From Candidatus Cloacimonadota bacterium (GTDB taxonomy: Bacteria > Cloacimonadota > Cloacimonadia > JGIOTU-2): a stretch of DNA of 64,000 nt. The stretch spans positions 128,001-192,000 of the forward strand of contig JBNGBT010000006.1 in assembly GCA_049903315.1 (NCBI GenBank). The letters are read 5' to 3'. The position numbers were made by a program, and so were the translations under genes. Below, in pieces: positions 29,949-40,210 of this stretch. Below the pieces are notes generated by a model that made no database searches, was not told the origin of the DNA, and saw only the letters and a list, made by a program, of their open reading frames with translations. Each line of letters opens with the position of its first letter. Position 1 is the stretch's first letter.

Positions 29949-30998
29949 TCAAAAAGGGGTACAGGAATCACGCATAATTAACTGTGCTGGAAGGATTTTG
30001 TGCTCATAGTCAAGCTCATTTCCGTTAATGGAATCAATGAGCATACTGACTGCTTTTTCAGCCATAGTTCCTATTGGAGCAGCATTTGTGGTGAGTGTTG
30101 GAAAAACCTTCGATGCAACTTCTATATCATCGAAACCAATAATGCTGATATTATTAGGAATTTGCAGACCTTTTTCTTGGATCACTTTCATTGCTCCAAT
30201 AGCCATTGAATCATTTGCGCATATTATAGCAGTGGGAGGTTTTGGTAAGGATACGAAGTAATCCCCAGCAGCTTCTCCAGATTCATAAGAGTAATCTCCT
30301 CTATAGATTAATGATTTATCGTGTGGTGATCCGTTTGCCGATACTGCCTTTTTGTATCCGAGAAGCCTGTCCTTGGAAACGTCAGAATCCATGAGACCGG
30401 TAACAAAACCAATGCGTTTATGCCCGAGGGATAAAAGGTATTCAGCAGATTGATAGCAGCTGTTAAAATTATCTATTGTTACAGAAGGAATAGATTTATC
30501 TGCTGCAATATTATCAAGGAGTACGACAGGAAAATACTTTTTAACTTCTTGAATATCATCTTCAATTCTAGGAAAGCAACAGATGATGACACCATCAATC
30601 TTTTTCTGATTTTTTAGTGGGTTTAGATTATCAAAATCTGTAAACAGAGATATCGTATATCCATTCTTTCTCACAGTTTCTTCAAGTGCCTTAAAAACTA
30701 GTGAATAATATGGGCTGGAGACACCTTGTTTAATGCCTTTATCCAAGAAAAAACCGATATTCCGGGTTACTTTTGGGCTCATTTTTCTACGGCTTACAAA
30801 TGTTCCTTTGGTTGTGAGTTTATGTAAAATACCTTCCTCAACCAACTCATTCACAGCCTTGCGCACCGTCATGTAGGATGCGTTAAGTTCCTTTGCAAGA
30901 ACTCTTTCTCCTGGAATTTTTTCAGTATAGTTTCCATTCTGAATATCTTCTTTAATCTTATCCTTTATATTCACGTATTTTAGAGTAGGTTTGCTCAT
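29949..30998 (-). CDS. GntR-type wHTH plus LacI-type sugar-binding domain transcriptional regulator (AraR-like architecture)
   Basis: PGERVLAKELNASYMTVRKAV..LV.EG, then YLLSLGHKRIG, ANDSMAIGA, ISIIGFDD, PTLTT. Confidence 0.92.
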   Translation of the reverse strand: MSKPTLKYVNIKDKIKEDIQNGNYTEKIPGERVLAKELNASYMTVRKAVNELVEEGILHKLTTKGTFVSRRKMSPKVTRNIGFFLDKGIKQGVSSPYYSLVFKALEETVRKNGYTISLFTDFDNLNPLKNQKKIDGVIICCFPRIEDDIQEVKKYFPVVLLDNIAADKSIPSVTIDNFNSCYQSAEYLLSLGHKRIGFVTGLMDSDVSKDRLLGYKKAVSANGSPHDKSLIYRGDYSYESGEAAGDYFVSLPKPPTAIICANDSMAIGAMKVIQEKGLQIPNNISIIGFDDIEVASKVFPTLTTNAAPIGTMAEKAVSMLIDSINGNELDYEHKILPAQLIMRDSCTPF

Positions 30999-31277
30999 CG
31001 AGATCCTTATATTCTTATTTATTAATAATATTATTTATTATATTTGATTCATTAATAATATAGCAGAAGAAAATTCCACGGCTGATATTATAGTGAAATA
31101 ATTATCATTGCTATAGATCATATGGATACTAAAAAAGAATTTCAAATATAATTTAGTCAAGTAAACAATAAATAAATGTTTTTGATAAATATGCTATTAT
31201 ATCTATAGATATTGGATGCCAATTGATTGTTTGTAAGGGAACGATGAAGATAATTTTTTAAGTTTTTCTAAAAAAAA

Positions 31278-31321
31278 TTGACAAAAGAATTTGAAATTAA
31301 TAGAAATTGCTATATAGCATT
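31278..31321 (+). promoter_or_regulatory. Promoter (-35 TTGACA) and palindromic operator ATTGCTATATAGCATT
   Basis: TTGACA at 31278-31283, a 22-nt gap, then the 16-mer at 31306-31321, upstream of the GH16 gene. Confidence 0.75.
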
Positions 31322-31365
31322 GATAGCTCGAAATAAAAAAATACTTCAATAAAGGGAGTTTAGCA

Positions 31366-34347
31366 ATGAGAAATATAAGTTTTGTTTTGATTGCTGTGTG
31401 TTTAATTATACTTTTTAATGGATGCGATAGGATCACTGATCCTGACCCGATACCAGATCCTACACCTTCAGCCGATTATGAATTAGTATGGTCGGATGAG
31501 TTCGATCAGAGGGCAACCACTCTTGATGAAAGTAAATGGAATTACGATCTTGGCTATGGTAATGAAGGGTGGGGAAATGATGAATGGCAACTGTATACTG
31601 ACGATGTAGAAAATATTAAAGTAGAAAATGGCAATATGGTTATTACTGCGGTCTGGGATTCAACACAATTTCTCGAACCTGGAAAACGAGACGGTTCCAT
31701 CACTTCTGCTCGTGTTAATACAAAAAACAAATTTTCTATGAAATATGGAAAAATTCAGGCACGAATAAAACCTCCTACGGGTAATGGGATGTGGCCTGCG
31801 TTCTGGATGCTTGGAAATGATTATGATGTTGTTGGCTGGCCCCATTGTGGAGAAATAGATATCATGGAAATAAGTCCGTTTATCTACAATGACAAAACTG
31901 CTATGTTTACTTTACATTGGTGGGATGATGTGGACTCGACTAATGCATCTTATGGTACTACAAAACTATTCAATGTCTCATTATCAGATGATTATCATAT
32001 CTTCGAGGTTGAATGGGATCAGCAAAGGATCATCGGCAAAGTTGATGGAATCATGTATTTCGTAAAAGTGCTTGAACAGGGAACGATGGATGAGTTTTTC
32101 CGAAAATTCTTTATTATATTAAACATTGCTGTTGGTGGATCCCTGGGTGGACCTCCAGATGCAACCACTGAGTGGCCTCAACATATGTATGTAGATTGGA
32201 TCAGAGCTTATCAAAAAGCTGAGAAACCAATTGAAACCTTTGGTATCTTTACTGATCTTACTCCTGTTGATGATGGTTTGACGATCGGTGTAGATGCTGA
32301 AATATATGTGTGGGAAAATACCCTTACAACAGGGACGATACCACCTTATGAAGGGGATAATGTGATATCCTGGGCAACAACCGGAGCTGGATGGTTTGGT
32401 GGTGGAATAAGCTCTAATCTGCCAGCAGATCTATCCCTTTTCGAAGGTGGAAATGTTAAATTTATGATAAAGATTCCTGCAGATGTAAATTTTAAGATCG
32501 GGATCAATGACTTGCAAGGTATAGAGAATTACGTAAACTTCCCTGCCAATCAAACAACATACGGTTTAGTGAGAGATGGTGAATGGGGACGAGCAACAAT
32601 TCCAGTAGAAGACATTAAGGGTGGGGTTGATCTTGAAATGCTGAAATATGAATTCATCATTCTTGAGCAAAACGGTGCTCAATGTGAATTTGCACTGGAT
32701 GACATCTATTGGGATGGTGGTGGTACCGCAATCAGCAACGTTCATTTTGATGAAGATACCTACACAACCGATGCAACAAATGCAACTATTTCTGTGCTTG
32801 ATGAAGGAGCTGCTGATTCGCTTGTTTTCGTTACTGTTGATAACGGGACAGACACCATTAGCATAAACATCACGCTCAATGGAAGCGGTAATGGAACAGG
32901 AACATTGAATTTTGGTCCCACAAGTGATGAAACTGATACCATCGAAATACAAGATGGTGATACACTTACCGTCACCTACTTTGATGCGCAGGGAAATGTA
33001 AAAACAGATACTGCAAGTATAGTGACCGGAGAGATCGAAACATTCGGAATATTCACTGACCTTACTCCTGTGGATGCTGGTATACACGTAGGTGAAAATG
33101 CGGAAATATATGTGTGGGAAGGAACGCTTACAGCTGGAACTATCCCACCATATGAAGGAGATAATGTTATCTCTTGGGAAACCACAGGATTGGGATGGTT
33201 CGGTGGAGGAATTGCATCATATCAGCCAGTTGATCTGTCTGGTTTTGAACCGGGATATATTAAATTCATGATTAAAATTCCGGCTAATGTCACTTTTAAG
33301 ATCGGTATCAATGATACACAAGGACATGAAAACTATGTCGAATTCCCGGCAAATCAAACAACTTATAATCTTATAAGAAATGGAGAATGGGGACAGGCTG
33401 CAATACCGGTAGTTGATATCAAAGGTAGCGTTAATCTGGAAATGTTAAATTATGAGTTTATGATCTTAGAACAAAACGGAACTCAATGTGCATTTGGAAT
33501 AGATGACATCTACTGGGATAAAACTGGAGTACCTTTTAGCAATGTAAGTTTTAATTCCGCGAGTTACTTGATTGATGATACTGGAGCCATGATAACAGTT
33601 ATCGATGAATTAGCGGTAAACAGTCTTGTTACAGTTACGGTGGATAATGGCACTGAAACGATCTCAGTAGATGTTCAGCTTGATGCTGCGGGTGAAGGTT
33701 CTTCAAACATAAATTTTGGTCCCACAAATGATGACACCGATACTATTGCGATAACTGAAGGTGGAACAATTACGGTTACGTATATTGACAACAATGGTAT
33801 TACAATAACTGATTCTGCTGACATTGAAAACGGATCTGGTTCAGAAACTGCAGGAATTTACTCAGAATCACACACTGATCCGATGATTCCATATTCTCAG
33901 ATCATCAACAGTGCTGACTGGAGTGGAAATTCTACCGTGCCCGATGAACAAGGTACGGCAGTAACACCAGTAGATGGGACATACGTTCTTTCTGTAAATT
34001 TCGAAGCAGGTGGAGCTACATATGGTGGTATATCTTTTGATTTCGGAAGTGCTGATATCTCATCTTATGAAACCCTGATCTTAAGTATTGATAAATCAGC
34101 TATGTCTGGTCTTGTACATTTAGGTGTTAAATTGGAGGATAACTCAGCGGGTAATACTGAGGTGAACATCTCATCATACACACCGACGATCAAGGGGAAC
34201 TGGGCAACATATGAGATTCCATTATCACATTTCACAGTTCCTGATCTTACAGATCTTAAATACCTTGGACTCTGGAACCCCAAAGATAGTGGAAATAATC
34301 TGCTTTTCAGCACGCTCTATTTCGATGATATGTATTTAGAACAATAA
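31366..34347 (+). CDS. GH16 beta-1,3-glucanase (laminarinase-type) lipoprotein with duplicated accessory/CBM-like modules
   Basis: Lipobox FNGC, LVWSDEFD, WPAFWMLG, catalytic EIDIME, ILNIAVGG, YVDWIRAYQ, and a 268-aa internal duplication. Confidence 0.92.
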   Translation: MRNISFVLIAVCLIILFNGCDRITDPDPIPDPTPSADYELVWSDEFDQRATTLDESKWNYDLGYGNEGWGNDEWQLYTDDVENIKVENGNMVITAVWDSTQFLEPGKRDGSITSARVNTKNKFSMKYGKIQARIKPPTGNGMWPAFWMLGNDYDVVGWPHCGEIDIMEISPFIYNDKTAMFTLHWWDDVDSTNASYGTTKLFNVSLSDDYHIFEVEWDQQRIIGKVDGIMYFVKVLEQGTMDEFFRKFFIILNIAVGGSLGGPPDATTEWPQHMYVDWIRAYQKAEKPIETFGIFTDLTPVDDGLTIGVDAEIYVWENTLTTGTIPPYEGDNVISWATTGAGWFGGGISSNLPADLSLFEGGNVKFMIKIPADVNFKIGINDLQGIENYVNFPANQTTYGLVRDGEWGRATIPVEDIKGGVDLEMLKYEFIILEQNGAQCEFALDDIYWDGGGTAISNVHFDEDTYTTDATNATISVLDEGAADSLVFVTVDNGTDTISINITLNGSGNGTGTLNFGPTSDETDTIEIQDGDTLTVTYFDAQGNVKTDTASIVTGEIETFGIFTDLTPVDAGIHVGENAEIYVWEGTLTAGTIPPYEGDNVISWETTGLGWFGGGIASYQPVDLSGFEPGYIKFMIKIPANVTFKIGINDTQGHENYVEFPANQTTYNLIRNGEWGQAAIPVVDIKGSVNLEMLNYEFMILEQNGTQCAFGIDDIYWDKTGVPFSNVSFNSASYLIDDTGAMITVIDELAVNSLVTVTVDNGTETISVDVQLDAAGEGSSNINFGPTNDDTDTIAITEGGTITVTYIDNNGITITDSADIENGSGSETAGIYSESHTDPMIPYSQIINSADWSGNSTVPDEQGTAVTPVDGTYVLSVNFEAGGATYGGISFDFGSADISSYETLILSIDKSAMSGLVHLGVKLEDNSAGNTEVNISSYTPTIKGNWATYEIPLSHFTVPDLTDLKYLGLWNPKDSGNNLLFSTLYFDDMYLEQ

Positions 34348-34364
34348 TAAAAAAGGATAAATTG

Positions 34365-35831
34365 ATGAAAAGAGAAAGAGTTGAATCATCTAATAGCAGA
34401 AATTTAGTACCATTTGGACAGAAAGTTTCTTTTGGATTAGGAATGTTTGCCAATCAAATGTTTCCTGCTGTCCTGGGTATATTTATGGTGGTCTTGGTCC
34501 AGGATCTGGGCTTCCCGGGCTGGATGTGGGGAATTTTATTTTTCCTGCCAAGGATATTTGACGCGATTACGGATCCCATCATGGGTTTTATTTCGGACAA
34601 CACCAGATCAAAATGGGGCAGACGAAGACAGTATGTCTTTATTGGTGCCATCATCATAGGCGTTGCTTTTGTTGTTATGTGGCAGTTGTACAGTGAGAAT
34701 GGAGTAAATTACAACTTTATTTATTTCCTTCTCTTTTCATTTGTTTTTTATCTAGGTCTAACTATTTTTAGTGTGCCTTACGTTGCCATGGGCTATGAAA
34801 TGAGCAGCGATTACCACGAACGCACAAGCATTATGGCCGTTGCCCAATGGATCGGCCAGTGGGCCTGGGTTATTGCTCCCTGGTTTTGGGTTATCATGTA
34901 CAATCAGAAGTGGTTCCCGTCAGCTGATGTCGCTACAAGGAAACTTGCGGTATGGGTGGGGATCATTTGTATGTTGTTTGCTATGGTTCCAGCATTATTT
35001 CTGAAAAGCAGATCTACAGTTCATGAACACTACTCTCCTCTTAACTTAAAATCAATCAAGGGTAGTTTATTAGAAATTTTTTCAAACTTTAAGGAAGCAT
35101 TTAAGATTCCTCAGTTTGTAAAATTATGTTTATCAACGTTTTTTATATTTAATGCATTTAATACTATTGCAGCGTTTTCATTCTTTATCATAGTCTATTA
35201 TTTGTTTAGTGGAAATGCAGGGGCTGCTGGAGTTTGGCCTACACTTTTCGGTAGCTTGGCTTCATTAGTAACTACTTTTTTAGTTATTCCCATTGTTGCC
35301 CGTATGTCCAGGCTATTGGGCAAAAAAAGAGCGTTCATCGTATCGCAGAGCATATCAATCATCGGATATATTCTGTTGTGGTTTCTTTTTGTTCCAGGGA
35401 AACCTTACATGTTTATCCTAGCGCTTCCTTTCTTTTCCTTTGGAATTGGAAGTTTATTTACCTTGATGATGTCGATGACTTCAGATGTGATGGATCTGGA
35501 TGAGTTAAATTCTGGAAAACGTCGTGAAGGGGTATTTGGTGCTATTTATTGGTGGATGGTCAAGTTTGGCTTCGCTATCGCAGGATTATTAAGTGGTGTT
35601 ATTATGTCAGTAGTAGGATTTGATGCCAGTGCTGCTACGCAAACTGAGGGTGCCATAATAGGATTGAGGATTTTTTATTCCGGATTGCCAATACTGGGTA
35701 CGCTTACCGCCATTTTACTGATGCGTAAATATGATTTAACTGAAGAACGTGCAAATGAGATTCGAGCTGAACTGGAAAAACGTCACGCTCAGAAAACTGA
35801 AGTTGAAGAACTCGATTTAGAGAAATCTTAG
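34365..35831 (+). CDS. MFS sugar transporter, GPH (glycoside-pentoside-hexuronide) family
   Basis: PRIFDAITDPIMGFISD.TRSKWGRRR, EMSSDYHERT, GKRREG, about 12 TM segments. Confidence 0.92.
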   Translation: MKRERVESSNSRNLVPFGQKVSFGLGMFANQMFPAVLGIFMVVLVQDLGFPGWMWGILFFLPRIFDAITDPIMGFISDNTRSKWGRRRQYVFIGAIIIGVAFVVMWQLYSENGVNYNFIYFLLFSFVFYLGLTIFSVPYVAMGYEMSSDYHERTSIMAVAQWIGQWAWVIAPWFWVIMYNQKWFPSADVATRKLAVWVGIICMLFAMVPALFLKSRSTVHEHYSPLNLKSIKGSLLEIFSNFKEAFKIPQFVKLCLSTFFIFNAFNTIAAFSFFIIVYYLFSGNAGAAGVWPTLFGSLASLVTTFLVIPIVARMSRLLGKKRAFIVSQSISIIGYILLWFLFVPGKPYMFILALPFFSFGIGSLFTLMMSMTSDVMDLDELNSGKRREGVFGAIYWWMVKFGFAIAGLLSGVIMSVVGFDASAATQTEGAIIGLRIFYSGLPILGTLTAILLMRKYDLTEERANEIRAELEKRHAQKTEVEELDLEKS

Positions 35832-35841
35832 GATATATTAG

Positions 35842-37518
35842 ATGCGAAAGAATATATTTAAAACATTAGTTTTCAGTATTCTTTTAATATCACTTTTCGG
35901 TTGTGGAGTAAATAGTAGTAAAAAACTTAACTCCACATCCGAAATTTTGCTTACTTCAGCTACTGGAGAAAAACTTGCAGAACAAAAAAATGTTAGTTTT
36001 CAATCTGGAAAGGCAACCGGAAATGTAATACAAATCTTTCCTGATAGCTTAAAACAAACTATCGAAGGCATCGGCAGTTCTTTCACAGAATCTTCTGCTT
36101 TTGTTTTAGCTCATCTGGATGAACAGAAAAGACAGGAAGTGATGGAAAATATCTACGGGGAAAATGGAGCAAATTTCTCTTTGACCCGTACACATATCGG
36201 AGCTTGCGATTTTACAGTTAAAGGCAAATATTCCTATGATGATGTAACAGGTGATACAGAATTGAAAAGCTTCAGTATCGAAGAAGATTTAGCGGGATTC
36301 CAGAAATCTGAATTTCCGAAAATTCAAGATGAGAAGTTTGATCTTCTACCGATGATCAAACAGGCTTTGGAGATTAAAGCAAATCAGAAAGACCATGAAC
36401 TCAGAATAATTGCTTCAGCCTGGACAGCTCCTCCCTGGATGAAGGATATCGAAGAATGGTATATTCCTGGTTCTGAGGAAAACAACTGGCAGGGAACTGG
36501 CGGAGCACTCAAACCGGAATATTATTCTACATATGCAGATTACATTTCAAATTATCTCAATGCATACAAAGTAAGTGGTGTAGATATTTGGGGAATAACA
36601 CCTGTAAATGAACCACATGGCAATAATGGGCAGTGGGAAAGTATGCACTTCTCACCAGAAACACAAAATGAATTTATTAAGAAATGTTTGGGTCCCAGAT
36701 TAAGAGAAAGTGATCTCGCCGATGTAAAACTACTCATTTATGATCAAAATCGTGATGGACTTGAACATTGGGCTGAGGTGATCCTTTCAGATCCGGAAAC
36801 CCAACCTTACGTGTATGGAGCAGCAGTACACTGGTATGAGAGTACTTATAAAGTGTATGAAGATGTTTTGGATCGAGTGCATGATAAATATCCTCAATAC
36901 AAAATTATTCATACTGAAGGATGCATTGATGATCTCGGTAAAGACCCACCAAATGGTGTAACTGACCCGGTGGGATACAAAGAAAAAAATTGGTTCAATA
37001 ATGATGAATTCTGGTGGAACAAAAATGCTACTGATTGGGCTTATTCAGTTACCTGGCAGGGAGTGAATGCTGACGATCATCCTATTTATGTGCCAGTTCA
37101 TAGGTATGCACGAAATATCATTGTGAGTATCGATCACTGGGTAAGTGGTTGGATCGATTGGAATATTATTCTTGATAAACAAGGTGGACCAAATCATGTA
37201 GGAAATTTCTGTGGTGCACCCATCATGATAGATACTGATGCAAGGAAGGTCTATTATACACCAATCTTTTATGTGCTTGCTCAATTCAGCCGTACGATCC
37301 GACCTGGAGATAAAGCAGTCGCAATAGAGCAATATACACCAGGACTTAGCGAGGATGATATGCATGCTTGTGCCACTATTAATGAAGACAATATGTTGAG
37401 CGTGCAACTTTTAAATACGACAACTAGAGCCATTACATATAATTTACAGATACATGATAAGTATGCAGAGATCATGATCGACGCAAATTCAGTTCAAACT
37501 GTACAGGTTCAACTTTAG
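35842..37518 (+). CDS. GH30 glycoside hydrolase lipoprotein
   Basis: Lipobox LFGC, QTIEGIGSSFTES, SAWTAPPWMK, PVNEP, YDQNR, HWY, HTEGC, WIDWN, GGPNHVGN. Confidence 0.9.
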   Translation: MRKNIFKTLVFSILLISLFGCGVNSSKKLNSTSEILLTSATGEKLAEQKNVSFQSGKATGNVIQIFPDSLKQTIEGIGSSFTESSAFVLAHLDEQKRQEVMENIYGENGANFSLTRTHIGACDFTVKGKYSYDDVTGDTELKSFSIEEDLAGFQKSEFPKIQDEKFDLLPMIKQALEIKANQKDHELRIIASAWTAPPWMKDIEEWYIPGSEENNWQGTGGALKPEYYSTYADYISNYLNAYKVSGVDIWGITPVNEPHGNNGQWESMHFSPETQNEFIKKCLGPRLRESDLADVKLLIYDQNRDGLEHWAEVILSDPETQPYVYGAAVHWYESTYKVYEDVLDRVHDKYPQYKIIHTEGCIDDLGKDPPNGVTDPVGYKEKNWFNNDEFWWNKNATDWAYSVTWQGVNADDHPIYVPVHRYARNIIVSIDHWVSGWIDWNIILDKQGGPNHVGNFCGAPIMIDTDARKVYYTPIFYVLAQFSRTIRPGDKAVAIEQYTPGLSEDDMHACATINEDNMLSVQLLNTTTRAITYNLQIHDKYAEIMIDANSVQTVQVQL

Positions 37519-37527
37519 AGAGTTACT

Positions 37528-38643
37528 ATGAGAAAGTATGTATTACTAATCCTGCTCATAACAATTTCAGTAATGATATTGATTTCATGCAGCACGAGTA
37601 CAACTCTCGAACAAATTCGAACAAAACTGGAATCCAAAGAGCAATTTGAGCAAAAAGATCCAACATCAATACGCGAATTTGAGCCTTACCTGAATGGAAG
37701 TTGGATTGGGAATGCTGTTGCCTATAGTTGTTATCGGGGAGGACAAGCACCAGGAATCAAGGGACCGACAAAACAAGAGATCCTCGAAGATTTGAAGCTC
37801 ATAAAAAAGTATTGGAATTTAATTCGCATCTACAATGCCGATGACGATGCTGAACGTATCCTGAGTGTTATCCAGGAACATGATCTTTCGATTAAGGTTA
37901 TGCTGGGTGTATGGCTCGAGAATGAAGAGGAAGATTCTGTTAAAAGAGAAAATAACATAACCAATGTAGTGAGATCAATTGAATTGACTAATAAATATCC
38001 TGGAATAATTATCGCTGTTAATGTGGGTAATGAGACACAAGTTTTTTGGTCCTGGCATAGAATGAATACGCAAAACCTGATCCACTATATCAGAGCGGTT
38101 AGAAATAATATCACACTTCCTGTTACTACTGCAGATGATTACAATTTTTGGAACAAACCAGAGAGTGAAATTATAGCAGATGAAGTTGATTTTATCGTTA
38201 CTCATATTTACCCCTTATGGAATGGGAAGACATTGAATAATGCAATTCTATGGTTGGATTCAATATATCAAGATGTACAGAGTAAACATCCCGAACAACA
38301 AATAATCTTAGGTGAAATAGGCTGGGCAACTCAATACAATCCTGATAAAAAAGGAGAGGGTGAACAAGGTTCACTTGTAAAAGGTGAAGTTAGTATTCTT
38401 GCACAGGAAAAATTTCTAATCAATCTCAATAATTGGATTGACCAAAATCAGATTACTACTTTTCTTTTTGAGGTTTTTGATGAGCCTTGGAAAGGTGGTG
38501 GTGATAATTCAGGACCCACCGAAATTGAAAAAAACTGGGGTGTTTTTTATGAAGATCGTACCCCGAAAGAATCATTTAAGAACTTTTTGCTATATAAAAC
38601 TAGTGCAGATGGCAACATGGAATTTAATATTTTACGAAAATGA
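37528..38643 (+). CDS. GH17 family beta-1,3-glucan hydrolase lipoprotein
   Basis: Lipobox LISC, AYSCYR.GQ.PG, LIRIY, VMLGVW, NVGNE, PVTTAD, HIYP.W, GEIGWAT, FDEPWK, EKNWG. Confidence 0.88.
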   Translation: MRKYVLLILLITISVMILISCSTSTTLEQIRTKLESKEQFEQKDPTSIREFEPYLNGSWIGNAVAYSCYRGGQAPGIKGPTKQEILEDLKLIKKYWNLIRIYNADDDAERILSVIQEHDLSIKVMLGVWLENEEEDSVKRENNITNVVRSIELTNKYPGIIIAVNVGNETQVFWSWHRMNTQNLIHYIRAVRNNITLPVTTADDYNFWNKPESEIIADEVDFIVTHIYPLWNGKTLNNAILWLDSIYQDVQSKHPEQQIILGEIGWATQYNPDKKGEGEQGSLVKGEVSILAQEKFLINLNNWIDQNQITTFLFEVFDEPWKGGGDNSGPTEIEKNWGVFYEDRTPKESFKNFLLYKTSADGNMEFNILRK

Positions 38644-38759
38644 AAAGTAATACTGAATTAGAAAATCAAAATAATTCACAAATGGAATCTTTGTTTGGTG
38701 GAGACCCAATCAAGATTTCAATAACAAGAAAATATGACAAACCCTAAAAAGGAGAAAAA

Positions 38760-40109
38760 ATGAAAAAAACAATTAAGTTGTTTGTTATTACTTTGTTCTT
38801 ACTCTCAATGAGCACTATTGCGTTTGCACAAAACGCACCAATTGATTTTGAACCAGGTGGATATGGAGCTGACTGGACATGGACAGTATTTGAAAATGAT
38901 ACAAATCCACCAGTTGAGATCATAGCTAATCCCGATGTCTCAGATCCAAATACATCAGCAACCGTTGCAAAATTTACTACACTGCAAACAGGTCAACCCT
39001 GGGCAGGATGCGAAACATTACACGGTTCTGATATCGGAACGTTTACCCTGGACCAAACAAACTGTACAATTAAAATTATGGTCCACAAACCTGTAATCAG
39101 TGATGTAGGTATCAAATTGGTGAAACCTGATGGCTGGTCGATGGGAGAAATTAAAGTTGCGAATACCCTCGTAGATGGATGGGAAGAGCTTACATTTGAC
39201 TTCTCTAGCCAAGTATCAGATGGATATGATCAAATAGTAATTTTCCCGGATTTTGATTTGGCAGGCAGAACCCAAGATAATATTTGTTATTTCGATAATA
39301 TCACATTCTCTGAACAAGTTATCCCACAAGGCCCCACCGATCCTGCCCCAACTCCAACCCATGATCCAGATGATGTATTTTCTATTTATAGTGATGCTTA
39401 TACCAATCTTGCAAATACGAACTTCAATCCGAATTGGGGACAATCTACTGTTGTAACAGTAAATTATCAAGTGAGTGGAGATAACACCTTAAGATATCAA
39501 GCGCTTAATTACCAAGGAACGAACCTTGGTAGTGTTGATGGTGGAGTCCCTCAGGATGTGTCTGAATATGATTATCTTCATGTAGACTTTTGGACTACGA
39601 ATGCTACAACTTTGAATTTCTTCGTAATTGATCAGATCCCAGGCGAAGTGTCTTATTCATTGCCAATAACAACTGGAGAATGGGTGAGTGTAGATATTCC
39701 TTTGAGTTATTATTCAACTGGCGGAGAAGACCTGACTGATATACATCAATTCAAGATTGATGGTGGTGATGGTTCAAGCACAGAAGTGTGGTTTGATAAC
39801 TGGTATTTCTATAAAGAGGTTGGTATTGATGATCCCGTCTCTCCAACATCTCTTCTTGTAAAGAATCATCCAAATCCTTTCAAGCAAAGTACAACGATCA
39901 AGTTCTCTTTAACAGAACCTGGCCATGTTGAGCTTAAGGTTTATGATACCAAGGGTCGATTTGTTGAGACACTTGTTGATGATGATAGATTGCCAAATAC
40001 TTATCAACTTACCTGGAATGTTGATGACGCAAAATCCGGTATTTATTTCTACCGTCTAACAGTTAATGGGAAAATGATCGATACTAAGAGTATGATCATA
40101 TTGAAGTAA
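38760..40109 (+). CDS. Secreted putative carbohydrate-binding protein with C-terminal T9SS-like sorting domain
   Basis: Signal peptide, two beta-sandwich-like modules (WEELTFDFS; SIYSDAY..NFNPNWGQST; WVSVDIPLS), a Pro-rich linker, and HPNPF...KSMIILK. Confidence 0.75.
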   Translation: MKKTIKLFVITLFLLSMSTIAFAQNAPIDFEPGGYGADWTWTVFENDTNPPVEIIANPDVSDPNTSATVAKFTTLQTGQPWAGCETLHGSDIGTFTLDQTNCTIKIMVHKPVISDVGIKLVKPDGWSMGEIKVANTLVDGWEELTFDFSSQVSDGYDQIVIFPDFDLAGRTQDNICYFDNITFSEQVIPQGPTDPAPTPTHDPDDVFSIYSDAYTNLANTNFNPNWGQSTVVTVNYQVSGDNTLRYQALNYQGTNLGSVDGGVPQDVSEYDYLHVDFWTTNATTLNFFVIDQIPGEVSYSLPITTGEWVSVDIPLSYYSTGGEDLTDIHQFKIDGGDGSSTEVWFDNWYFYKEVGIDDPVSPTSLLVKNHPNPFKQSTTIKFSLTEPGHVELKVYDTKGRFVETLVDDDRLPNTYQLTWNVDDAKSGIYFYRLTVNGKMIDTKSMIILK

Positions 40110-40120
40110 TAATCAATTTT

Positions 40121-40155
40121 CAGCCGGTACATATCTTTGTGCCGGCTGTTTTTTT
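40121..40155 (+). terminator. Rho-independent terminator
   Basis: CAGCCGGTACA-tatctt-TGTGCCGGCTG followed by T7. Confidence 0.8.
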
Positions 40156-40210
40156 AGTATTGGGTTTATTCTCAAAGTATAAGGACGAAATCTTGAATCC
40201 TGAGATTGAT

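Noticed and set aside
40139..40210. N-terminal extension of the phosphorylase ORF as a signal peptide
   Set aside because: It starts inside the terminator hairpin, and family-like sequence begins at the ATG at 40211.
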